A DNA stretch of 64,000 bases, taken from NCBI RefSeq assembly GCF_018977255.1, contig NW_024704743.1, positions 1,860,001 through 1,924,000 on the forward strand. Reading direction: 5' to 3'. The translations under genes were made by a program, and so were the position numbers. Below the pieces are notes generated by a model that was not told the origin of the DNA, searched no databases, and was given only the letters and a program-made list of their open reading frames with translations. This document shows, piece by piece, positions 12,311 to 26,167 of this stretch (position 1 is its first letter; every line of letters begins with the position of its first letter). Source of the DNA: Callorhinchus milii. Lineage: Eukaryota.

Positions 12311-15300
12311 ATAGAGGTGGGGGCTGGGCGGGAAGGGGGTGGGGAGTATAAAAAGAAACATGCATTGCCCTAATCACGTGAGCAGGCGTATCTCTGGGAA
12401 GTTACTATCTTCTGCGTCATTTGCATCAATCGTCGCTGATGTGAAGGAGTGAGCGGCGGGTGGGGGGGGGGGGGGGGGGAGGAGGGTGGGTGAGGGGGAA
12501 ATGAGATTCAACAACGACCTTGTTCAGCTGCGGTGACAACCATAAATCAGCCGGAGATTTCTCATCTGTGTGTTGGACAGGATTCATTACCGCCAAAGTT
12601 CTAAGCACCGTATCTTGTCTTTGATTGAAGTTACATATCATTAAAAACTCGCCGTGTCTCGCTTTCCTCGTCTAATGCATTCCCTGTCAGTGGCTCGCGA
12701 TGTGCCCATTACTCAGAGCCCAGGCCCATGTTCCTCCGGTGAGGAGTGGGGGGTGAGTAGGTGGGCGGGTGGGGCGGGTGGGGGATTTAAAATTAATTTA
12801 ACCGTTGGTACCCGGCCGCCAAACTAACAACCACCACCACCATCACAACGCATGAAGTTTACACACGGCATCTTTCACGTCAGGAGAATGTACGTCCCAA
12901 GGCGCTGACAGTCAGCCATTGGGATCTGGAGGGAGGGGGAGGGTAGGGGGGTAGGAGGGTGAACGAAGGCGCGGTTGGTCGAAGAGGAGGGTCTTGAAGG
13001 AGGCGAAGGAGGGAGGGAGGACAAGTGGGGGTGGTGGGGGTGTGAGGCGGAGGGACTGTGGGATGGAGTTCCAGAGGGTGGGGGGAGGATAGAGAGGCTG
13101 AAGGCCCGTCCGTCGATGGTTGGGCGGGCGAGGCGCGGGACGTGAAGTAGGCCAGAGGGAGCGGACAGGTTGGCAGGGAGTTAGGAGGTCACAGAGTCTG
13201 AACAGTATTCCAACACACCCCCCCCCACCACCCACCCTCCTCCCCACCTCCGTATATTGCGTGAAGCGCTTTGAGACGTCTAGAAGACGCGCCAAGGCTC
13301 TATATCATATGCCAGGATTATTATTATCGCACACTCTGGGGGTTCTCCGAGCCTCAGCCAACCCTGTGCCCAATACTCTTTGACATTAGGTGGAAAAAGT
13401 TCCCTTTACTCAGTGCATTCTGTGAAGTGCTTTGAGTCGTCTTAATGACGGCGTAAGGCGGAATATTAAATGCAAGGATTTTTATTACTAATAAACCCAG
13501 CAAAGCAATTTATTGAGTAATGAGCTGCAACCTAGTGCTGCAGTAATGAATATCGGTGGACGCCTCAGTGCGCAAACGCTGTTTGCCACAAGATCATATG
13601 AAAGCAGCTCATTTCTGAATTATTTATGCTGTGAAGATAAACATCGCTAATAAAGAGGGAAATTGCATTTCAACTCAAGGTACCGCATATGAATATGCAT
13701 CAGCCTCGTCACTCCCTCTGGTGTTTGGGGAAGAATTGCTTCCACGCACGAATTGATTATACTTAATCAGTTTTTAATTCATGCATTAGCTTTGATTTGG
13801 TCGGTCGGTCGGTTGGGGGGGGGGGGGTCTAACACGCACGGAAACTCATCCCCCGTGTTTAAGAGCTGTCCGAACCTGACTGAGAGTTCTACACACGGAC
13901 CCCGTCTACGCATGGAAATTTCCCCTGTGTCCGGGATGGAATGTGTACTCTCTCTCTCTCTCTCTCTCTCTCCGTTGCTTCCCACACTCCAGAGAGAGTT
14001 TCAGCCGCAGGTTGGCGAGAGCCAACGCTTGAGGGGGGGAGTAAACTGCTGGAGTCTTAACCAGCTAAAACCGCATAGCATTGTTTGGCAGTCACTACAC
14101 TTCACGGTGAATTCTGTGAGGCACTTTCAGATGGTGTGATTAGGAGCTATATCAAAACGCGAGGATTATTATTCGCAGTAATAATAATAATAATAATAAT
14201 CCTGGCATTTGGTACAGCGCCTTATCACGTCTTCGAGACATCTCAAAGCGCTTCACAGGATACACTGTAAAGTGAATTGACTGTGTGTTTTGCACCGAGG
14301 GACCTCCGCACGAACAGCCGTGGGTTGAAGTGACCAATTTATTATTATTTTTTTTTTTGAAGGGTTTATTACCCCCAGAAAAGCCATCCACCAATCGTCT
14401 AACAACCGGGTTCCGACCGACTGCCGGTAAACAGTGTGTGTGGAGTAAGGAAACTTGCCCAACGTTTTGGGGAGAAGAGAGAGGTGGAAAAGGGGGAGAG
14501 TAGGGGGTGGTGGGGGTGGTGGGGGGGGGGGGGGGAAGGAGGTGACTGTAGACGCAGGCAGAGAGGTATTTTTTTTTTAACTCGATGCATTTTCCGGCAT
14601 TTGAGGCGAAATAAATGTTTTGAATCCTGGCGTCAAATTGGTTCCAAGTGTGAGAAAGTGTTAGTTCTTCTCAGTGTTTTGACATAAATCTCTTTGCCGC
14701 GCTTCCTTAGTTAGCGCTAGCTAATAAATCTTCTTCCTGGATAACAGAGCCGCTACATTTTACGTCTCGGGATAACTCTCGTTAAAGAAAAAAGAATTAT
14801 GTTCCTGCTCAGGATATTTATTAATATTAATATTTTCAAAGGCGCCGACGTTTGGAGTAGATAAATAAATGAGCATTAAAGGTTGAGGGTACGAGAGGAC
14901 AGGTGCGTTATGACAACCTGTGTTAATTCAGTCAAACACGCCGGTAGCTTAAGTTGCGAGAGTAATTATAAAGTGATGAATTTAACAGCATAAACGAAGC
15001 ACACAACAGAAGAGGTTATCGCAAATAATCTTACTGGTTAACAAACCAAATAATAGTAATTTGGTCGCTCAACCCACGGCTGTTTGTGGGGGACGCTGCC
15101 GCGTTCCGCCCACAAAACACACAGTCACTACACTTGACAGCAGGTATCCTGCGAAGCGCTTTGAGACGTCTCGAAGACGTGATGCGGCGCTGTGTCGAAA
15201 GCCAGGATTATTGTTATTACTGATGGGCGGTTAAACCGAGGTTCTGAATACCTGTTCCGGTAAACGTTAAAAAATAATTATCATCATCCACACAGCACCT

Positions 15301-15786
15301 TTAACGTGGAGGGATGTCTCAAAGTGCTTCACAGAATTTACTGCGAAGTGCAGTGACTGAGCATTAATGTGTGTAGGTGAATGCGGCAGTAATATCCCAC
15401 AAAACAAACAGCCAAAATGTTTTTGTGGGCGGAACTCGGCAGCCAACGAAGTACAGCAGCGTCCCCACAAACAGTCGTGGAATTAAGTGACAAAATTATT
15501 TATTTACTTATTTAGTCACTTATTTATTTATTTATTGGAAGGGATTGTTACCCGGGAAAAGCGATCTGCCAACCGGGTTCCTACTTGTGTAGGTAAACAG
15601 AGATGTGTGGAGTAGGGAATCTTGCCCAACATTTCGTCCTTCCTGCCCGGGAATCGAACCCAGGCCTCTCCCTCGCGGGGCGAGCTGAGCTACAGGACTC
15701 CAGTGGGCCAACCTTGTGTCTCTTTTCATTCGCATAGATCCCGTGTAAGTTACTAAGACCTCGAAATGCCTTTTCTCTCTTCGCAG

Positions 15787-15881
15787 ACACCGATCTGCTG
15801 TATCGCAACCGCGAGGGACATCTGGTGACACTGAACGTGGAAACCAACGCAACCACCCTCCTGATGGAGAACCAGAGATTT
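15787..15881 (+). CDS. DPP6: DPP6 exon: NTDLLYRNREGHLVTLNVETNATTLLMENQRF
   Basis: Pyrimidine tract + cag acceptor, gtaagt donor; 95 nt; in frame with flanking exons; NVETN motif. Confidence 0.93.
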
Positions 15882-15909
15882 GTAAGTGGTTTCCTGTCAG
15901 CAGATATTA

Positions 15910-16283
15910 ACAATAATATTAATAATCCTGGCATTTGACAGAGCGTCTCAAAGCGCTTCATGGGATACGCTGTAAAGTGAATTGACTGTGTGTTTTGTGG
16001 GCGAAACGCGGCAGCCGATCGCGCACAGCAGCGTCCCCACAAACAGCCGCGGGTTGAAATAACCAAATTATTTTAAAATTTATTTTTGATGGAATTATTA
16101 GAAAAGCGATCCATCAATTGACTAACAACCGGGTTCCTACTGACAGCCGGTAAACAGAGGTGTGTGTGTGTGTGTGTGGAGTGAGGAAACTTGCCCAATG
16201 TCTCGCCCTGACCCGCCCGGGAATCGAACCCGGGTCCTCTCGCTCGCGAGGCGAGGGCTCTAACCCCTGAGACACAGGACTCC
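15910..16283 (-). mobile_element. Young tRNA-derived SINE copy about 30 nt downstream of a DPP6 donor
   Basis: Reverse-complement consensus. Confidence 0.87.
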
Positions 16284-16971
16284 ACAATTGAGCAGTCACT
16301 CTTTCTGTGATGGTCACTGTTTGTTGGGGCCTTTTGTAACCAGGGCAGGTTTTAAGTTACCTCCGAATATGTCGATCACAGTGTTAATCCAATCTGTGTG
16401 AGTTGCCCGGAGTTGAGTATTCAGACCTGAGTTATTGAAGCAGTGCTGAGATCTTTATTAGATAGGTGTCAATTATTTATAGAAATATGATCAAACTGCC
16501 ATTATATCAGAGTCAGACAATTACAGTTCAGAAATAGAATTTAATGCTGCATTACAGCAGACACTTAATGTGATGTCTTAATGTCCCCTATTTCGCCCCA
16601 GAGGTGCCATCAAAAGCTACTTTGCAAATTAAAAGCTTCATCAATCTACTTCACAGTTCACAACAAGTCTGTTACGGACGGTTTAATATATTCCAATCTG
16701 GACTTCCAGAAAGAAATTCACCGCAAGTTTGAATCTCCCGGAGGCCTTTTTTTTCTTTTTCCGGGGGAGGGGGTGCGGAGTAAAGATGGGTCTGTGACGT
16801 GAGATAGTAAACCGAGGTCTGGTGGACGTGGAAGGGAAGGGGAGTTTCTGCGATTACCCCCCACACCCCACCCTCCACCCCCCCAGCACGGCACTGAGTT
16901 CCAGCGTAGACCTGCACAAGTTTCCAAACAGTTGGTTCGAACGCACAACCTCTTGCCGCGTTTAGAGGAGC

Positions 16972-17002
<31 letters not shown>

Positions 17003-17334
17003 CTCTGCTCACTGAGCCGGGCAGACACGTGCGTTTGAAAAGTGAAGGGCTTTGAATATTCATGAGGAGCCAGGAGCAGATGGAATACACCCGCGGGTGC
17101 TCATGGAAATGAGAGCAGGTGATTTGATTCGGGGGAGAGGGGGTGGGGGGGGGGGGTGGAGGCTGCAGGTGAATGTTTACACGGCTCATAGCAACCATCA
17201 GAAATGCCAGCGATCAGCTCATGTCCCCCTCCGGGTTTCTGGAGTTTAATAAGAGAGATTAAAACTCCGGATGAACTTGTCAGAACTTGTCATCTGTCGC
17301 CAGGAAGATACGGTGTCTGTATCAGATTCTGTCA

Positions 17335-17700
17335 CCTCTGCGATCTGCTAAACCCCCCCCCACCACCAACCCGCCCGCTCCCTCCGCTCAGCGGACTCCG
17401 GCCTGCTCCACGTCCCCCGGCTCGCCCGCCCCCACCATCAGCAGGCGGGCCTTCAGCCACTCTGCCCCCCTAACCCTCTGGAACGCCATCCCCTCCCTCG
17501 CACCTGTCAAATCCCATCCTCAAGACCTTCCTCTTCAACCACGTCTTCAGTCACCCTCCTAACCCCGACCCTCCCCACCCTCCACCCCCTCCTGATGCCA
17601 ACCACCAGCTCGAGTGCAGATCCCCGAGTGTCCAGCACCTCGGGACGTACATCCTCCCGACGTGAAAGGCTCTGGGCACTTGTGATTTGTGTTGTTGTTA
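17335..17700 (+). mobile_element. L2 LINE 3' end
   Basis: CTCCGCTCAGCGGACTCCGGCCTG...GCCTTCAGCCACTCTGCCCCC...GACGTGAAAGGC then (GTT)n; similar fragments at 9835-10090, 12830-13200, 42830-43085, 44215-44490 and 54590-54840. Confidence 0.78.
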
Positions 17701-17809
17701 TCGCGGGATGATATAGGAGAGCGAGAGAGAGAGACCGGGAGAGCGAGAGCAACAGCAATATACATTTATAAAGCATATTTTCATGTCAGGCATTGCCCAC
17801 TGTATTCTG

Positions 17810-18181
17810 TGGAGTCCCTGTAGCTCAGCGGTTAGAGCACTCGCCTCGCAAGCGAGAGGACCCGGGTTCGATTCTCTGTTGACCGGCAGTCAGTAGGAAC
17901 CCGGTTGTTAGTCGATTGGAGGATCACTTTTCTGGGGGTAATAATGCCTTCGAAATACATTTTTAAAAATGTAGTCACTTCTTGGGGCAAAAATAAAAAA
18001 TAATAATAATTTGGTCACTTAATCCCACGGCTGTTTGTGGGGACGCTGCTGTGCGCAGTCGGCTGCCGCGTTTCGACCTGAAAATGTACGGTCAATTCAC
18101 TTTGCAGCGTGTCCTGTGAAGCGCTTTGAGACGTCTCGCAGACGTGACGAGGCGCTGTGTCAGACGCCGGGATTATTATTA
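17810..18181 (+). mobile_element. Young tRNA-derived SINE copy with the (CA)n segment deleted
   Basis: Head joined directly to CTCTGTTGACCGGCAG; body and tail intact. Confidence 0.85.
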
Positions 18182-18761
18182 CCTTCTGTTCCCCTGCGAG
18201 ACAGAAAAACGGCAAATCAATACCTTCTGTCTTGAAAGCGTATTGCTGTGAGATCGGTTTACCCCAGGAAAAACTGTAATAAGTTTCCTCACTGAAACCG
18301 TTCATCACCTTCTTCCAAAATTGGTTTGAGATTGGAACCACAAAGAGATTATACCCGAGGGGTAAGCGGGGGGACACGGTGCCTTGCGTTTACAGTAGAT
18401 TTTTGTATGAAATCCATTAAAAAATTATCTTGCAAGTCAATAGGCACAAAAGTCATTACACCAGGTTCTAATTCATTTCGTGGTACGTTGGATTGAAACG
18501 CGCCCTCGCCGAAGCTTGGCTGGGTTCGAGTTTGAAAATTTCACCGGCTTCACTGCAGGGGCAGACTGGGAAACGTAATGGGATTTTAATGGGAAGGAAC
18601 AAAATAACGGAGAGAGGCGGGGGGCTGAACACGAAGGGAAAAAAAAAAGCAGACAGACAGAGAGACAGACAGAGCGAAGCCAGAGAGAAACTATCGATAG
18701 GGATTTACAAGGGCCCCGCCAGCATTGCTCCCACCTCGGGATAAATTCAAATGAGAGAGGA

Positions 18762-19160
18762 ATAATAATAGCAATCCTGGCATTTGACACAGCGCCTCAT
18801 CGCGTCTTCGAGACGTCTCAAAGCGCTTCACACTGTTAAGTGGATCGACTGAGTATTTTTGGGGGCGAAACGCGGCAGCCAATTGCGCACAGCAGCGTCC
18901 CCACAAACAGCCGTGGGTTGAGTGACCAAATTATTTTTTATTTATTTGGAAGGGATTATTACACCTGGACAATTGACCCACTAATCAACTAACAACCGGG
19001 TTCCTACTGACTGCCGGTAAACAGAGGCGCGTGTGTGTGTGTGTGTGTGTGGAGTGAGGAAACTTGCCCAATGTCTCGCCCTGACCTGCCCGGGAATCGA
19101 ACCCGGGTCCTCTCGCTCGCGAGGCGAGGGCTCTAACCCCTGAGCTGGCTGTAGGACTCC
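18762..19160 (-). mobile_element. Young tRNA-derived SINE copy
   Basis: Reverse-complement consensus. Confidence 0.88.
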
Positions 19161-19464
19161 CCTGTGAAGCGGTAAAGTGACTGTGTTGCTGTGGGCGAGT
19201 TGGCTCAATACCCTCAGAATAGGCTTTGGGAAGGTCGGTCAGGATTCATCTCGGAAGCTAATGCTGGTGTGAAATTTCAGGCCACCAGTAGTCCTGGTGA
19301 TGATTCATTAACTCGAGACCATTTTGCAGCAAATCTCTTTCACTCCCAGTAAATCTCTATCTGCGGCTCAGAGCAGTGTCCTTCACACGCCTGGTTTCAG
19401 TGGAACCGAGTTATTAATGATAACATAATAATACCTGCATTCGATACACTATTCACCCTCCAGG

Positions 19465-19495
<31 letters not shown>

Positions 19496-20877
19496 TCAGT
19501 CTAATCTTGTAACATTCACAGACTTTCAGCTCTGTCTCACATCAGTGTGTTCTACCTGATTTGTCCTTCGATCTCAGCAAATGCAGTACCGCTTTCGCCA
19601 TCATCATCCGTTCCCAAACCCTTGGCTCTTACCAACCCGCGCCTCATACTCCCTGGAATTTGGTGAGGCGGGGCGTGGCGTGGAGAGAGTGCACATTCTG
19701 TTCGAGACACAACAACAACAACAGCAACAACAACATTGGGTACTGACTTGCTGTACAGTGTTCTCAATGGCAAGCTATGTAGTTTTACCTGGTTAAACTC
19801 CATCAGTTACCGCAACCTGCACTCTGGGCTGCCCAAGCCTTGCCAACCTGTGTCACAACCTGTTTGTGGGGACGCTGCTGCTCGCAATCGGCTGCCGCGT
19901 TTCGCCCACAAAATACACAGTCAATTCACTTTACAGTGTTATCCTGTGAAGCGCTTTGAGATGTTTCGAAGACGTGATGAGGTGCCGTGTCAAATGCAAC
20001 GATTATTATTAGTATTATTATAAACATGGGAAGTTAGGTGGGACGCTGGGTACCCTCAAACTGGTTTGAATACCCTTAAGCACGGCGATGGGTGTCCGTG
20101 TTTTGTCGGATGAACCCAAAATCTAAATGATTATTTCCCCTGCGCAGGTTGTTGTTGGAACGACGGTGAAACCGATGAAATCTCGAATTCGGAATCCAGA
20201 GTGAAATCTGGGCTGGGAGAGAATTGCTTTGACCTTGTTCCCAACGCTCTGTTCACCGATCAATCACCTGCTGTAATGAGGTGTCGTAGAAGAGTTCGGA
20301 TCCACCTCTGTTCTCCTTCCGAATCTCCAGCTCAGCCATTGTACTGCTCTCTCTTGTAAACATTAACCTTGAATCCTAGACTGGTACAGCGCAGAAACAT
20401 CTTGTTCGGCCCCTCAACTCCGCCCGACTCATCACCCGCCTGGTCTGATCTCGCTCTCCTGATTCTACTTGCTCTTACAGCCCGGTACAACAGCAGCAAC
20501 AGCTTGCGTTTATATAATAACAATCCTGGCCTTTGGTACGGCGCCTCATCACGTCTCCCGAGACGTCTCAAAGCGCTTCCCGGGATAACACGGTCAAGTG
20601 AATTGACTGCGGGCGAAAACGGCAGCCAATTTGCGCACTCGGCTGCCGCGTTTCGCCCACAAAGTACGCGGTCAATTCAGTTTACGGTACATCCTGGGAA
20701 GCGCTTCGAGACGTCTCGGAGACGTGATGAGGCGCTGTGTAAGCTGCGGGGCTCCACAACTCCAAACGTAGTGACGCCGCGTAAGGCTGTTGGGTCACGA
20801 AAGGTCAACCGGGGTCCATTTTAACATTTCTGTTGATGAAACTTTTTTTTTAATTTTAATGTGTTTATTTTTAACAG

Positions 20878-20952
20878 GAATCGTTAAAGGTCAGCAAGTA
20901 CCAGGTCTCCCCGGACATGAAGTACGTGCTCCTGGCCTACAACGTCGAACAG
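20878..20952 (+). CDS. DPP6: DPP6 exon: ESLKVSKYQVSPDMKYVLLAYNVEQ
   Basis: ttaacag acceptor, gtacat donor; 75 nt; DPP4-family SPD motif. Confidence 0.93.
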
Positions 20953-23900
20953 GTACATGACACGGTTTGCTTTCCTTTGGGGGGGGGGAAAGGAGCGAGT
21001 GGGGCCTGTGGGTCAGACGCGGGAGAGAGAAAGCAAAGGGCTCGGGTCCGTCCCATTGGAATCCAAAGCTCGCATCAAGCGCTGACTCGTGTGGTGCCAC
21101 CTAACAACAACGACAACAACAATATTATTATTATAGTACTATCCCTCGCCTCCTTCAAGACCCATCTCAAGATCCTCCTCTTCGACCGTGCTTTCGATCT
21201 CCATTGGCACTGGTCGAAGAGGAAGGTCTTCAGGCACGACTCGAAGATAGGAACGGAGGGGGGGGAGGGGTCGAGGCAGAGGGATTGATCATCTGTGATG
21301 GGGGAGTGTGTGTGGTGGTGGGGGCGGGGGTCGCGGGGGGGGGGGGGAGAGAATTTGACACAGAGCCCTCCATGTCCAAGGCTGTCTCCGCAGTGTTTCA
21401 CAGGATGCCCTCTGTGTCAGTGATGGAGTGTTTGGCGAAGCAAACGCGGCAACCGGTGCGCGTGCGGCAGTTGTCTCACAAACGGCATTGAGATGCACTT
21501 CACGTCGTATTTATCCCAAACACCAGATCAATGGGAATTGTTGCCAAATTGTGCAAAATATGCTATTGTCATGAGAACAGCTATTTTGCCTAAGAGCTTC
21601 AGATTTGTAAGATGATACTGGAATTCAGATCATAAATAGCGTAGCCCCACAACAGTGAGAATGTATTCTTTATTGAAGAACCTTTGCAGGTTACCAGACA
21701 AAGAATTATGTGTAACCCATACAATGCAAGGATTACTATTATATTATTATTAAATCTTTCGCACGACAGATTGCCACTTTGAAACAGGCACCAGGCAACG
21801 TTCCCTGTCTCCTCCTGACAGTCTGAATGAAGGGAAGAACCCTTGACTTCGTTCTGTGTGCCGGATAATCATAATAAAAATCATAATAATAATGATTATA
21901 ATCCTTGCACCTTTATACGGCGCCTTATCACGTCTTTGTGACGTCTCAAGGCGCTTCACAGGATATACTGTAAAGTGTAGTGACTGTGTATTTTGTGGGC
22001 GAAACGCGACAGCCGATTGCGCACAGCCGCGTCCCCACAAACAGCCGCGGGTTGAAGTGACCGCATTTTTTTTTTGAGGGAATTATTATACCCGAAAAGC
22101 GATCGGCCAATCGACTCACAACCGGGTTCCCTACTTACGAGTGCTTCACAGGGCTCCCTGTAAAGTGTAGTGACTGTGCAGGTTGTAGTCGAACGTGGCA
22201 GTCGGTGTCTGTGTGGTTCGGGGGTGAGCGCAGCAGCAATGCTCCAAAAAAAAAACATCCAGGAAGTGAACGCCAATTTTATTATAATAATATTATTACT
22301 ATTATTATTTATTATTACTGCTTGATTACCCCCTCAGCACTGTATAACAGTGTCACCGAGACTATTGAGATCAAATTGAGCCAGGCTGGTACCGGTTCTC
22401 GGGAATGGGACTTAATAATAATAATAATGATAATAATCCTCGCATTTGATATCAAATTTACTCGTAAATGCACGAAAATCTAGTCATCTTAACCTCCCTG
22501 CCAACAGGGCAACAGAACCCATCATTTTGAGCTCTCTTCGTACCTATTACCCTCTCTCCTTCCTTCAGCTCAACCGAGGTCCCGTCTGCCTGTTCAGGTG
22601 GACGTTAGAAAATCCCACAGTACATTTTGAAGGGAGTTTCTCTCTCTGTCTCTCTCTCTCCGTGACTGTTGGTGGGACATTGTGTCCACTCGCACCTTCA
22701 AGACGGAGCTATTTGTTAGGTCGGGGCATTAAAGGGGTGCGGGGCGAGGGCGGGTAATTACAGTTGAGGCACAGATCAGCCGTGGTCTGATAGAACGGCG
22801 GAACAGGCTCGAGGGGCTGAATGGCCTCCTCCCGTTTCTATTGCTGCGCGCAAATCGGCTGCCGCCTTCGTTCACGAAACAACGCAGGTCGTTCCAGTTC
22901 GCAGGGTAGGCTGCCTCGCTCTTTGGGATGGGCTTTGGAGGCCGAAAGGCGCGATACCTAACGCTCAAGGACGATTGTTCGTGGTACCGGTTCAGCTGTG
23001 TGATCAGTGGTAAAATCCTGCTCTGTGCAGCGCAGAGCATCCAAAGCTCCTCGATATCCCGACCGCACAGATCATTCTGCAGTGCCACCTAGCGTAGACA
23101 CTGACGACACAAGGAGAGAGAGAGAGATTGCCACACGTAAAGTTAGATCCACATTCAGGGGAAATGCGATCACGGATCCAGAGTAAGGCAAAGCCGTCAT
23201 GAATGGCCCCGAATACAACCGGAGCGACGAGGATGCGTACAGTTCCCTCCGCGCGTGGCGTAATGTTTCAGAGCGCCTCACAGAGGCAGGGTTTGGATGC
23301 TGAGCGAGCGAGAAGGTGGGGTGGGAGTGGGGGGACTTAGGGACGCGGTTGAAAAGGCCACACGATGAAGCCACGCCTCAAAGCCCTTTCACCGGGCTAC
23401 GCTGTAAAGTGAATCGACCGTGTAACCTTGAGGGCGAAATTACCGAGTGGGCTTTGAGACGAACGGTGGAGTTTGTGGCTGGTGTGAGCGGGGAGGGTCT
23501 CGCGATCTGAGAAAACCCAGGGAGATTTATCGAAGCGCGAGGCTGTAACGGAACTCCTGGGGTGGCGGGAGGGGTGGGGGATGGGGGGGGGGTGTTGGAG
23601 CGTGGCACAGATTAGGTGAGTTGGCTAAATTAGTTTGGCTCACGGGGGGGGGGGGAAAAACCACTTGAACGGCCCATTTCTGCGCTGTTAACATTTCTAC
23701 GATTCCGGTCAATTTCCTCTCCTTAAGCTAAAGGTCCCTGAGGCCAAATGCAGCAGCTCCGATGGCGGTGTTTGGTGAGGAAAATAATTGACGTCCTTAA
23801 TAACCCATCCATATGAAAACGATTCCTGTGAAACCTCTCGCTCGTTTCCAGCCATGTTAACGATGTCCTTGGAAACCGCTGACTTACTGCACTTCCCTTC

Positions 23901-24140
23901 AGCACCTCGAACCCACCCCCCCCACCCTCTGCAATAATAATAATAATAATAATAATAATCCTTACATTTGACGCAGCCCTCATCGCGTCTTCGAGACGTC
24001 TCAAAGCGCTTCACGGGATACACTGTCAAGTGAATTGGCCGCATGTATTGTGGGTGAAACGCGGCAGCCGATCGCGCCCGGCGACGTCCCCACAAACAGC
24101 CGGGGATTATAAATTAAATTGTGTTCGTAATGTTTTTCAG

Positions 24141-24193
24141 GTCCACCGCCATTCCTTCACCGCCTATTACATCTTGTGCAAGTTACACTCTTG
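24141..24193 (+). CDS. DPP6: DPP6 exon: VHRHSFTAYYILCKLHS
   Basis: tttttcag acceptor, gtaagt donor; 53 nt; family RHSY/FT motif. Confidence 0.92.
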
Positions 24194-24478
24194 GTAAGTC
24201 ACCCTCTTACAACAATGGTAATAAATATAATAAGATATAATCATAAGTGACCCTGTCATTGACACAGACTTCACATTTACCGTTGTTGGGGTGTGGCCAA
24301 AAGGGATGGGTCCTGGCGTTAAAATAATCCTCATCGCGTCTTCGAGACGCCTCAAAGCGCTTCACAGGATACACCGTAACGTGAATTGACCGTGTGTTTT
24401 GTGGGCGAAACTCGGCAGCCAATTGCGCACAGCGGAGATGTCTCTACGACTTGATCGGGCGCTATACCAAAAGCAGGG

Positions 24479-24513
<35 letters not shown>

Positions 24514-25656
24514 GAGTTCGGTTTGACGACTGCTAAGCGGGGTTGATGGCAGGTGAATGTTCTGGAGGGATGAGATCGCGGGGGGGGGCTGATTACTTAA
24601 TCCGAACTAATCTTGTGATCTCGTGGGAGAGCAGACGTCCAACCGCCCAAAAAACATTGAACTTCTGCCCCTGATGGTGACGTGTGAACATTGCTCCAAA
24701 AAACTAACTCGAACTGGAAGTAATAATAATAAAATAATAATTAAAGTAATAATAATAATAATATAATAATAGTAATCCTCGCATTTGACACAGCGCCTTA
24801 TCACGTCTTCGAGACGTCTCAGAGCGCTTCACGGGATTACCGTAAAGTGTAGTGACTGTGTGTTTTGTGGAGGGTCAGGCTCCGCCACTGTCAAAGGACG
24901 TTACCCCGTGTGAAAAGGGGTATGGGGGGGGGGGGGGTTGGGTTGGGCGGGGAGCCCAATAAATCCAAGTTATTGTTGTTATTGTTGGGGTAATAATTCC
25001 TTACAAAAAAAGTAACATTAATAAAAATCGGTCACTTCAATCCACGGCTGTTTGTGGGGGACGCTGCTGTGCGCAATTGGCTGCCGCGTTTCCCCCACAA
25101 AATACACAGTCACTACACTTTACAGTGTGTCCTGTGGAGCCCTGGGAAGACGTGATAAGGAGCTCTACCAACTCCAAGGATTATTATTATTATTTTATTA
25201 ATATTAAATGCCGAGGCTGCCATTGGGGACAGTCCTTACCATCTCGTCTAGTGAGACAGCAGCCGCCCGAGGAGCTGTAAACACGTTGGGAAACGCAGCT
25301 ACGCAGCAGATGGTGTGATGTTTCTCCTCCCGCCCTCTGAACTCGCCGACAGAGCCCATCAATCCCGGCTGAGGCTACAGAAGCCCTCGTGAGAGTGTCT
25401 CCTGCCCCCCCACACTGACCTCTGTGACTGTCACTGTGCTGACTGGCCTCGTTGCCCTCGCCACCTCCTGCCACACACCATCGCCCGTATTTAATCTCCT
25501 AATAATAATAATCCTCGCGTTTGATACAGTGCCTTATCGCCTTTGCGCCCACAAATGTACGGTCAATGCACTTTACAGTCTGTTCTGTGAAGCGCTTTGA
25601 GACGTCGAGAAGACGTGAAAAGCGCTATATCAAATGCAAGGATTATTATTATTATT

Positions 25657-26018
25657 ATTATCACGTCTTCGAGACGTCTCAAAGCGCTTCACAGGATACG
25701 CTGTAAAGTGAATTGGCTGTGTATTTTGTGGGCGAAACGGGGCAGCCGATCGCGCACAGCAACGTCCCCCACAAACAGCCGTGGGTTGAAGCGACCAAAT
25801 TATTATTACTATTTAATTTGAAAGGATTATTATCCCCGGGAAAGCGATCCGCCAACCGACTAACAACTGACTGTCGGTAAAACAGAGCCGTGTGTGTGTG
25901 TGTGTGTGTGTGGAGTGAGGAAACTTGCCCGATGTCTCGCCCTGACCTGCCCGGGAATCGAACCCGGGTCCTCTCGCTCGCGAGGCGAGGGCTCTAACCC
26001 CTGAGCTCCAGGGACTCC
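25657..26018 (-). mobile_element. Young tRNA-derived SINE copy, fused tail-to-tail with a + strand tail (25545-25660)
   Basis: Reverse-complement consensus; the (ATT)n of the + copy runs directly into TTATCACGTC. Confidence 0.85.
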
Positions 26019-26082
26019 ACGAGTTGTAGGCGAGAGTGATAGGCAGCTCCTGACTTTCTCTGCCTTCTTTTCTCTTTTATAG

Positions 26083-26167
26083 CCGGGAGCATCGAACCCT
26101 AAATCCACCCGAAGTTCGGAATGTGCAGTTGCAGTACGCAGGTTGGGGCGTCAAAGGCCAACAGCTG
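26083..26167 (+). CDS. DPP6: DPP6 exon: [28 protein letters not shown]
   Basis: tag acceptor, gtgagg donor; 85 nt; LQYAGWG-KGQQL match. Confidence 0.92.
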
